DNA of 64,000 nucleotides from Bacteroidales bacterium (GTDB lineage: Bacteria; Bacteroidota; Bacteroidia; Bacteroidales; VadinHA17): positions 1,001 through 65,000 of the forward strand of contig JBASIK010000183.1 in the NCBI GenBank assembly GCA_049654745.1, given 5' to 3'. The position numbers and the translations under genes are program-made. Positions 20,122 to 28,122 of this stretch are shown one piece after another; the stretch's first letter is position 1, and every line of letters starts with the position of its first letter. The notes under the pieces are model-generated. The model ran no database searches, was not told the DNA's origin, and worked only from the letters and a program-made list of their open reading frames with translations.

Positions 20122-21429
20122 TTAGTATTTTGGCAACTTATATCCGTTATAATATACCGGAGTAATAAGTCTATTGGCAGCAGCTGAAGTAAATTGCTGT
20201 TTTGCATTATCCCAGTATACCTTTTCGCCGGTCAGGAAAGCGATATTTCCCATGTGTGCAACCAATGCTACATCTCTTCCTACATCTATGCTGGCATTAA
20301 GCTTTTGCGGGGTATTATTCTCAAGGCAGTCTAGAAAATTTCTTACATGAAGGTCCAGTCCAGAACCAACATTTTTCTGCAAAGGCACTGCTTCCATTCT
20401 CCCTTTGTCTGGAATCACTTCCCAGCCGTTACGGTCAAGAACAAGTGTTCCATTTTCACCTGTATAAGCCATCCCATGAGGTCTTCTCCAGTTTCCTAGT
20501 CCGATCCCTATTGTATGTTCCCAGATCATCATAAAGTCTTCAAAATCATATACCGCTGTCATTGTATCAGGTGTCTCCATTGCATCGTCAGGGAAAGCAT
20601 ATTTACCACCTATAGCCATAACTGATTTGGGAACAGCCTTATTCATTCCATAAAGTATATAATCAATAAGGTGCACACCCCAGTCGGTCATTAATCCACC
20701 TGCATAATCCCAGTACCACCTCCATGACTGGTGAAATCTGTTTTGATTGAACGGCCTTTTAGGAGCAGGTCCCAGCCACCGGTCATAATCAACACCTTCT
20801 GGTACTGGAGAATCCGGTACTTTTGGTACAGCTCCCTTCCAGTCAACAAACGACCAGGCTTTACAAACCCTGATACGCCCCAGTTTTCCGGACTTAAGAA
20901 AATTAATTGCATCAACAAAATGGGGCTGACTCCTCTGCCACTGCCCTACCTGCACCATCTTTCCATGTTTCTTTACAGCCTTCTGCATAACATTTATCTC
21001 GGCAATCGATTTGCCAATCGGTTTTTCTACATACACATGCTTGCCAGCTTCCAGTGAATCAACCAGCATAAGACAATGCCAGTGGTCGGGCGTACCAATT
21101 ATAACTACATCAATATCCTTGCTTTCAAGCATCTTTCTGTAATCTACATATAACCTGGGTTTCTGGAATCCCAATTTAACAATGTCATCTGTTCGCCTGT
21201 TAAGAACATTTCGGTCAACATCACATATGGCAACACACTCAACCTCCTTGTTCTTCAGGAAAGAGGCTAAATCGTTCCAGCCCATACTATTTCCACCTAT
21301 TAATGCCACTCTTATTCTGTCACTCGGAGATACACCGGGCCTGCCTATGGAAAACGCTTCAAAAGGTATAACCGACGCGGCAGCAGCAACTGATGCAGTC
21401 TTTAAGAAAGTTCTTCTATTCGATTTCAT
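20122..21429 (-). CDS. Gfo/Idh/MocA family oxidoreductase with a Tat signal
   Basis: Twin-arginine motif NRRTFLKTASVAAAA and Rossmann motif RVALIGGNSMG. The start is set at MKSNRR (the ORF track extends to 21459). Confidence 0.8.
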   Translation of the reverse strand: MKSNRRTFLKTASVAAAASVIPFEAFSIGRPGVSPSDRIRVALIGGNSMGWNDLASFLKNKEVECVAICDVDRNVLNRRTDDIVKLGFQKPRLYVDYRKMLESKDIDVVIIGTPDHWHCLMLVDSLEAGKHVYVEKPIGKSIAEINVMQKAVKKHGKMVQVGQWQRSQPHFVDAINFLKSGKLGRIRVCKAWSFVDWKGAVPKVPDSPVPEGVDYDRWLGPAPKRPFNQNRFHQSWRWYWDYAGGLMTDWGVHLIDYILYGMNKAVPKSVMAIGGKYAFPDDAMETPDTMTAVYDFEDFMMIWEHTIGIGLGNWRRPHGMAYTGENGTLVLDRNGWEVIPDKGRMEAVPLQKNVGSGLDLHVRNFLDCLENNTPQKLNASIDVGRDVALVAHMGNIAFLTGEKVYWDNAKQQFTSAAANRLITPVYYNGYKLPKY

Positions 21430-21746
21430 AAATCTAACTGTATTAAATAATGAGAGCAAATTTAAAAAAATAAACGAATAAGCCAGACTTCTATTTTTTC
21501 ATGTTACTTAGAAGAGGCACTTTTTAATTTTTTTTAACGTCTATAAAACAATGTATTACAGATTTCGTTTTTAGTTATATATTTTTAAATGAAGCAATTT
21601 TATTTCTGTAATTTGTTATATTTAGTTTTTTTAATCATAACTTTACATGATTAAATTAAATTGTTGTATATAATCATTCAAATGGTTAATCAGTAATTAA
21701 TAAAAGTTTTTTATCTTTAGCATGTTATATCAAAATTTATAAACTC

Positions 21747-23162
21747 ATGGCAAGTTTAAAGCTTTTACTAGGCCTTATTCCCTCAACCGAAAAAATTGAG
21801 CAGGAAGAAAAAACACTTCTAGCAGAGTTTGAAAGGCTAAAATCAATTTCTGAATCACAAAAGCTTGCAAGGTTCAATGAATTGCATGAACTTGTCAATT
21901 CAGAAGGTTTTAAACAGAAAAAGAAAGAAATTGAAAGTCTTTCATATAAAAACTCTGAAGAATATGCTAAAGAAAAAGAATTTCTTTCTTTGAAAAAAGC
22001 CAAAGATATTGTTATGTACTTCAGGACTGTCGAAGGAAACGCTCTTAAAAGATTCAGGGAACTTGACGGTTCTGAAAAGATAAAAAAATACGAAGAACTA
22101 AAACAGCTTGTATCTGAAGCAGGGTTCAGAGAAAGAATGAAATCAAAAGATTTCTCAGGTTCGGATGATGCCAGAAAACTGGCAGAATTTAAACAGATGG
22201 ATTCATCCCCGGATATAAAAGAGTATTACAGTTTTAAAAATTCAAAAGAATATGCAAATTTCTTGAATATTGATGGCTCATCAAGGCTTGCCAGATTCAA
22301 CGAATTAAAAGAATACACAAGTTCAAAAGAATTCCAGGAAAAAAAGGCATTTCTTCTTGACAAAAACAGATTTCAGAAAACTGAAGAATATAAAACACTT
22401 AAAGAGTATCTCGACCTTAAAAATGACCCCGATATTGTATGGTATTTAAAAACAAAAGATTCGGACAAATTTGATGTCCTGAAAAAAAGAGAACTTGTTT
22501 TCAGTGAAGAGTTTGACAGTGACACGCTCGATACAAAAAGATGGCTGACAAATTATTACTGGGGCGAAAAACTCCTGCACGACCGATATTCACTTGAATC
22601 TGACCTTCATTTTTATACTGAAAAAGATAATTTTGAAATTCGTCATAGTTACCTGAAAATAATTACAAAGCCGCAAAAAATTCAAGGCAAAGCCTGGTCG
22701 CCTGTGCGGGGATTTACAATTAAAGAATTCAATTATACATCAGGAATAATTAATACCGGAAATTCGTTCAGGCAGAAATACGGAATCTTTACTGCAAAAA
22801 TAAAACTTGGTGACCCAAATGCCCGCCATTCATTCTGGCTTGTTGGGGAAAAAACGACTCCACACATCAATATCTGCACCACTGCAGGAGGAAAAGTATG
22901 GTTCACACTCTTTACTGAAGACGGAAAACAGATTAAATCAAAAGTGAGTGGAAAATATGCACAAAAGAGCTACATCTTTACTCTAGAATGGACTTCTGAT
23001 AAACTTATATGGAAAATTAATGGTGTTGAAGCTTTCAGTACAACAGAAAACATTCCCCAGGAACCAATGTATATCAATCTTGCAGGTGGGGTAACTGCTC
23101 CGGTTAACAGTATGACATCAATGGAAATAGACTGGGTAAGAGTTTACATACCAAAGAATTGA
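21747..23162 (+). CDS. GH16-fold (concanavalin-like) protein lacking the catalytic ExDxxE, with an N-terminal threefold helical repeat
   Basis: The C-terminal 220 aa carry GH16 landmarks: YTSGIINT, YGIFTAKIKL, SFWLVGE, DWVRVY. The EIDIxE position reads HINICT. Residues 36-234 hold three ~70-aa repeats. No signal peptide is seen. Confidence 0.6.
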   Translation: MASLKLLLGLIPSTEKIEQEEKTLLAEFERLKSISESQKLARFNELHELVNSEGFKQKKKEIESLSYKNSEEYAKEKEFLSLKKAKDIVMYFRTVEGNALKRFRELDGSEKIKKYEELKQLVSEAGFRERMKSKDFSGSDDARKLAEFKQMDSSPDIKEYYSFKNSKEYANFLNIDGSSRLARFNELKEYTSSKEFQEKKAFLLDKNRFQKTEEYKTLKEYLDLKNDPDIVWYLKTKDSDKFDVLKKRELVFSEEFDSDTLDTKRWLTNYYWGEKLLHDRYSLESDLHFYTEKDNFEIRHSYLKIITKPQKIQGKAWSPVRGFTIKEFNYTSGIINTGNSFRQKYGIFTAKIKLGDPNARHSFWLVGEKTTPHINICTTAGGKVWFTLFTEDGKQIKSKVSGKYAQKSYIFTLEWTSDKLIWKINGVEAFSTTENIPQEPMYINLAGGVTAPVNSMTSMEIDWVRVYIPKN

Positions 23163-23183
23163 ATTCCAAAATAAATTTAAATG

Positions 23184-23214
23184 GAGGTTATCTTGATGAT
23201 AACCTCTTTTTTTT
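23184..23214 (+). terminator. rho-independent terminator after the GH16-fold gene
   Basis: 9-bp stem GAGGTTATC/GATAACCTC with a 5-nt loop, followed by eight T. Confidence 0.7.
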
Positions 23215-23222
23215 ATCTGGAT

Positions 23223-23247
23223 GTAACTTTCAGCACTTTTATCCGTC
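23223..23247 (+). promoter_or_regulatory. candidate ECF-type promoter (GTAAC-N16-CGTC) upstream of the ECF sigma gene
   Basis: An AAC-containing -35 element and a CGTC -10 element are separated by 16 nt. The -10 ends 21 nt before the ATG at 23268. Confidence 0.35.
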
Positions 23248-23267
23248 TTTATAGTGTTAAAACTTTT

Positions 23268-23747
23268 ATGACAGTAAAAGAATACAACAAAGCAGTTGAT
23301 GATTTTTCTGATGCACTGTATCGTTTTGTCAGAAGCAATCTGAAAGATGATGACAGGGCAAATGACGTTGTACAGGATGCATACGAAAAACTATGGCGGC
23401 ACGTAACCGAGATAGATTTTAAGGTAGTAAAAGCATGGCTCTTTTCCACAGCCTATAACCGTATGATTGATATTATACGTAAAGAAAAAAGAATAATCCC
23501 GATTGAACAGGAAAATGAAATAAGTTATGAGTCATATTATACCGACCTTAATGAAATACTTCACATTGCACTCGACCGGCTGCCAGAATATCAGAAAATA
23601 CCTTTATTGCTTCGTGATTATGAGGGATATAGTTACAAGGAAATTGGGGAAATTACAGGATTGACCGAAGCACAGGTAAAAATAAATATTTACAGAGGCC
23701 GACTGGCTTTAAAAAGCTTTATTGGAAAAATTGAAACGGTACTTTGA
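23268..23747 (+). CDS. ECF-family RNA polymerase sigma-70 factor
   Basis: Region 2 reads DVVQDAYEKLW and the region 4 HTH reads SYKEIGEITGLTEAQVKINIYRGRLALK. The track ORF start at 23181 lies inside the upstream terminator, so the ATG at 23268 is used. Confidence 0.85.
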   Translation: MTVKEYNKAVDDFSDALYRFVRSNLKDDDRANDVVQDAYEKLWRHVTEIDFKVVKAWLFSTAYNRMIDIIRKEKRIIPIEQENEISYESYYTDLNEILHIALDRLPEYQKIPLLLRDYEGYSYKEIGEITGLTEAQVKINIYRGRLALKSFIGKIETVL

Positions 23748-23750
23748 GAA

Positions 23751-24824
23751 ATGAAACCGGACAGGACAAATTATGAAATATGGATTCTTGATTACCTCGA
23801 CGGCCGCCTTAATGAGGAACAGACCTGCCTGTTAATGCAATTTCTTGACGAAAATCCTGAAATCAGAGAGGAACTAAGTTTTCTTGCAGAATTTAATACT
23901 ATACCTGAAGACACAAAGTATCCTTTCAAAAACAAACTTAAAAAGAGCATCACAGATCTGCCTGAAGATCAGTTCGAACTATTATGTGTCAGTGCACTTG
24001 AAAATGACATTTCATCCGAAGAGGCTGCAGAACTTATGCAATACCTTGAAAGCCGTTCTGAAAAAAGAAATACATTTAATCAAATACAGAAAATAAAGCT
24101 CCATCCGCCTGTTGTTGAGTTCCGTAATAAAAACAAACTCCGCAAACGAGGTATTGCTGAAAAAACAATTCGTTTTCTGGTTCCTGTTCTCAGTGCGGCA
24201 GCCTGCCTTTTTATTGCAATATGGATTTTCACTTCGGATGAAATCAATAATAAAAACAATAACAATATCACTCTCTCAGATGAAGAAATACAACAAAAAA
24301 ATCCTGATAAAATTGCAACTCCAGAAATAGTAACTCCTTACACAACTAAAACTTACACTACGGAAACCAAACAGAATAGATTTCCCAGGAAAAACATCAC
24401 ACCGGTAATGCCTATTCCATCACCTGATTTAGATGAAAATAGCAGACAAGAAATCATAATTCCATCACCTTTAGCATTTAAGGATAATCTGGTGCTATCC
24501 CGGATCGCTATTGAAAAAATGATGCCTGATGTAAAATTCAATAGCACAACTGCTATAAATGATGAAGAAACTGATCAGGGTCTCAAATATTATTTTACAA
24601 AATTTGTCAGGGAAAAGATTCTTAGAACCAATTCTGGCCGGGAGGATGCCATTAAATCTTATGAAATTGCAGAAGCCAGTATAAAAGGGCTTAATAAAAT
24701 CCTGGGTTGGCAGATGAGCTTTAAAGAATACACCGATGAAAAAGGTGAATTATTGGCAATAAATTTCAATTCCAAACTCATAAAAATTAATATTCCGGTA
24801 AAGAGAAATGAAGCTTCCGAGTAA
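23751..24824 (+). CDS. putative anti-sigma factor (single-pass membrane protein)
   Basis: There is a 3-nt gap after the sigma gene. The N-terminal segment is YEIWILDYLDGRLNEEQ, and one TM helix lies near aa 142-162. The call is assigned mainly by position. Confidence 0.4.
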   Translation: MKPDRTNYEIWILDYLDGRLNEEQTCLLMQFLDENPEIREELSFLAEFNTIPEDTKYPFKNKLKKSITDLPEDQFELLCVSALENDISSEEAAELMQYLESRSEKRNTFNQIQKIKLHPPVVEFRNKNKLRKRGIAEKTIRFLVPVLSAAACLFIAIWIFTSDEINNKNNNNITLSDEEIQQKNPDKIATPEIVTPYTTKTYTTETKQNRFPRKNITPVMPIPSPDLDENSRQEIIIPSPLAFKDNLVLSRIAIEKMMPDVKFNSTTAINDEETDQGLKYYFTKFVREKILRTNSGREDAIKSYEIAEASIKGLNKILGWQMSFKEYTDEKGELLAINFNSKLIKINIPVKRNEASE

Positions 24825-24874
24825 CTTTTAACATACATTAAACGTCTCATATTTGAAATTTAAAAAACTTTAAA

Positions 24875-25849
24875 ATGAAAAGAGCATTGATAATATTATT
24901 AATTACATTATTCGCAACTGCAGTTACGGAAGGAGTAACTCAGAAAGAAGTTTCTGGGGAAAATGATAAGAACACACCGATACCGTATTCTCAGGAAACA
25001 AAAGTAGTTATTGGTGATAGCCTGTTAAGTATTCAGGATAATAATGAAGCATTCAGACTGAAAATCGGCAACAGGGGTATTGAAATACTTGAATCTCTTG
25101 AAGGTAAGTCACGTATTAAATTTGAAAAATATGATTCTCGAGAAGATAACAAAGAAATGAAATCTGCTTCAGATTATTCTGATAATGATGACCGCCGAGA
25201 GCGGCGTGATAGACGTTTCAGAAGATTCAAAGGACATTGGGCAGGCTTCGATATAGGTTTCAATAATCTTCTTACTGATAATTATAGTTTTGTTATTCCC
25301 GACGATATAGATTACATGTCGCTCCATACAGGAAAATCAATATGCTTTAATCTCAACTTCGCACAGCAGAGTTTTGGTTTTACCCGGCACATAGGTCTTG
25401 TAACCGGATTAGGGCTGAACTGGAATAATTATCATTTCGACGGAAACAACAATATAATCAAAGGAGTAAATGGTGTAATTACCAGACTCGATCCGGATGG
25501 TATTTTAAAAAAATCTAAATTCACAACCCTTTATATTACATTGCCAGTTATGATGGAACTTCAAATACCGACTGACAGCAAGCAAATCAATCTGGCTTGC
25601 GGTATTATTGGAGGTATTAAAGCAGGTTCCCATACCAAAATGGTGTATGATAATGGAGATAAAGTTAAATCTGATGATGATTTCAGTCTTAACATGTTAA
25701 GATACGGTTATACTGCAAGAGTGGGTTTTGAAAATATTCATGTTTACGCAACATACTATCCTGTTGCGCTTTTTAAATCAGGAAAAAGCCCTGGTGGATA
25801 TTCATTACATCCTTTTGAAATAGGTTTTGCTTTTACAATTAACGACTGA
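24875..25849 (+). CDS. putative outer-membrane beta-barrel protein
   Basis: Signal peptide is present. The C-terminal half shows alternating amphipathic strands, and the C-terminus is aromatic-rich (FEIGFAFTIND). Confidence 0.45.
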   Translation: MKRALIILLITLFATAVTEGVTQKEVSGENDKNTPIPYSQETKVVIGDSLLSIQDNNEAFRLKIGNRGIEILESLEGKSRIKFEKYDSREDNKEMKSASDYSDNDDRRERRDRRFRRFKGHWAGFDIGFNNLLTDNYSFVIPDDIDYMSLHTGKSICFNLNFAQQSFGFTRHIGLVTGLGLNWNNYHFDGNNNIIKGVNGVITRLDPDGILKKSKFTTLYITLPVMMELQIPTDSKQINLACGIIGGIKAGSHTKMVYDNGDKVKSDDDFSLNMLRYGYTARVGFENIHVYATYYPVALFKSGKSPGGYSLHPFEIGFAFTIND

Positions 25850-25874
25850 ATCAACTGATTATGACCATATAGTT

Positions 25875-27245
25875 TCAATAACCGGTCTCGAAATCAAGTT
25901 TATTGAGTCCGGTTATAATTTCAGGACAACTCATGAATAAAGACCATAATAAACCCGATCTGTAATTTTCAATCATTACAGGTACAGGCCCCTGGTCTAT
26001 TGCCAGATAACGTTGAGGGAACCATTCTTTTTCCAATGAAAAGGCATCGTAAAAACCATACTTGCCCCAGATTCTGGTTCCAAGGTTATAGTAAAAATAT
26101 CTTAGAGCTGCTATTGATTTATCGGGGGTATATGGAATTGAAGATAATGCTGCGGTAGGAGAAATAACTCCCAGATCAGTTTTATCTCCAGGTCTGTGTG
26201 CAAAGTACCCAGACGGGGAATAGCTAGCGGTCAGTCCCCAGCAAGCTTCGCTATAACCGACATGTTTTCCTGGATTCTCCGTACACCACTTCCAGTTAAT
26301 AAGCGTATGATTCACATTTTCCTGCCAGTAATTAGCATACCTGTCTTTTAAATTCCTTGGATCCAGCCCCAGATAGGAATAATGTGCCCAGAAAAGAGGT
26401 CCGCCATATTCTTCTGCACCATTATGCCTTAAACTTAAACTATACCCATAATGGCCTGAAACAGTATTTATTGCGCCTCCCCTTGCCCATCCCTCATGGT
26501 AAACACTCGCCTGAACAGGATGTGTTGGCGATGATGCAGCCAGAATATAAAGTATAAGACACTCGTTGTATCCGCGAACCTGATGATTCATTTCCCATTG
26601 AAATTCAGGTGACCAGTGCCAATAAATCACATTCTCTCCTCCTTTTGTAAACCAGTCCCATTCAACTTCCCTCCACAGTGTATCCATTGTTGCAGCAAGT
26701 TCCTGCTCTTCAGCATTCCCATTACTAAGATATTGCCGCGCAGCCAGCAGACCCTGCATCAGATATGCTGTTTCAACAATATCAGCTCCATTATCTTTCT
26801 CTGAGAAAGGTTTCACTTTTCCCGTCTCTCCATATAACCAGTGAGGAAATGCTCCGTGAAACCTGTCAGCCTTCTTAAGAAAATCAACTATTTTCTTCAA
26901 TTGATTTATACCCCTGTTTCTTGGGATAAAACCTCTTTCCATACCTGCAATTATTGCCATTATACCAAATCCGGAACCACCTGTGGTAACTACATTCATG
27001 TCATTTTCCGGATAAATGCCATCCATATGTATCCTTTCCCTTGCCATGCCCGATGTAGGTTCGGCTCCTTCAGTAAAATACAATATGGTCTGATACTGAA
27101 CAAGTGAAAGAAGTGAATCATCTGAAATTTCTTTAAACTTATCCGAAACGATTATATTATCAGGCTTTCTGAATAAATTACAGGAAAGACATAATAACAA
27201 AAGTAATGAGACAATGTAAATATGGGCACTGTATTTTAACTCCAT
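25875..27245 (-). CDS. glucoamylase-family / GH144-like protein (possible beta-1,2-glucanase)
   Basis: The N-terminal block TSGMARERIH...TTGGSGFGIMAIIAGMERGFI resembles the DUF3131/GH144 family as I remember it. Not verified by search. Confidence 0.5.
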   Translation of the reverse strand: MELKYSAHIYIVSLLLLLCLSCNLFRKPDNIIVSDKFKEISDDSLLSLVQYQTILYFTEGAEPTSGMARERIHMDGIYPENDMNVVTTGGSGFGIMAIIAGMERGFIPRNRGINQLKKIVDFLKKADRFHGAFPHWLYGETGKVKPFSEKDNGADIVETAYLMQGLLAARQYLSNGNAEEQELAATMDTLWREVEWDWFTKGGENVIYWHWSPEFQWEMNHQVRGYNECLILYILAASSPTHPVQASVYHEGWARGGAINTVSGHYGYSLSLRHNGAEEYGGPLFWAHYSYLGLDPRNLKDRYANYWQENVNHTLINWKWCTENPGKHVGYSEACWGLTASYSPSGYFAHRPGDKTDLGVISPTAALSSIPYTPDKSIAALRYFYYNLGTRIWGKYGFYDAFSLEKEWFPQRYLAIDQGPVPVMIENYRSGLLWSLFMSCPEIITGLNKLDFETGY

Positions 27246-27324
27246 TGTTTATTGAAATTTTATCCAATTTACTAAAATAATCTGATAATAGAACAACATC
27301 TCAAAATTCAGCAGCAAGAATGAT

Positions 27325-27332
27325 TATCTTTG
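27325..27332 (+). promoter_or_regulatory. candidate -7 box for pepE
   Basis: TATCTTTG lies 25 nt upstream of the ATG at 27357. Confidence 0.35.
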
Positions 27333-27356
27333 CGTCATATATTCATTTGTAATCTA

Positions 27357-28073
27357 ATGAAACTGTTACTCATAAGCAATTCAACCAATGCAGGGGAGGG
27401 TTATCTTGAACATGCATTTCCCCATATAAAAAGTTTTCTTGGCAGCAAACAAGCAGAAATTCTGTTTATACCTTATGCAGCTGTTACTTTCTCATACGAT
27501 GAATATGAAAAAAAGGTGAGTCAGAAGTTCATTGAAGGAGGTTACAAAATCAAATCAATACATCATTTCACTGATCCAGTTACTGCAATAAAAAAAGCTG
27601 AAGTAATTGCCGTTGGAGGTGGAAATACCTGGAAACTTCTGAAAATGATAAGGGAGAACAAACTAATTGAACCGGTAAGGGAAAAAGTATTCTCAGGGAC
27701 TCCATATATTGGATGGAGTGCTGGTGCCAATATCGCATGTCCGACAATCCGAACAACCAATGATATGCCGATTACTGAACCGGATTCTTTTGAAGCATTC
27801 TGCCTTATTCCATTTCAGATTAATCCTCATTACCTTGACGCTAATCCTGAAGGTTTTGCCGGTGAAACCCGCGAACAAAGGATACGGGAGTTTATAGAAT
27901 TAAATCCAGGAATTTATGTGGCTGGCCTGAGAGAAGGCACAATGCTGCTGATTGAAGGCAAAAATGTCAAACTTATAGGACCCAAAAGCGCTCGAATATT
28001 CATTAAAAATGCAGAACCTTTTGAAGCAGGCAATAATGATGACCTCTCATTTCTCATTCAAAAGAAGATCTAA
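27357..28073 (+). CDS. pepE: dipeptidase E (peptidase S51)
   Basis: Motifs are MKLLLISNS, VGGGNTWKLL and the nucleophile region GWSAGAN. The ATG at 27357 is preferred over the TTG at 27330. Confidence 0.8.
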   Translation: MKLLLISNSTNAGEGYLEHAFPHIKSFLGSKQAEILFIPYAAVTFSYDEYEKKVSQKFIEGGYKIKSIHHFTDPVTAIKKAEVIAVGGGNTWKLLKMIRENKLIEPVREKVFSGTPYIGWSAGANIACPTIRTTNDMPITEPDSFEAFCLIPFQINPHYLDANPEGFAGETREQRIREFIELNPGIYVAGLREGTMLLIEGKNVKLIGPKSARIFIKNAEPFEAGNNDDLSFLIQKKI

Positions 28074-28122
28074 TCTTGATTTAACAATACAGTAAACTAC
28101 TGTCAGTTAAAATGGTTTCCTA

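Noticed and set aside
23181-23267. N-terminal extension of the ECF sigma ORF (MEVILMITSFFYLD...).
   Set aside because: The extension is translated from the stem-loop and T-run of the upstream terminator. The ATG at 23268 gives a normal-length ECF sigma factor.
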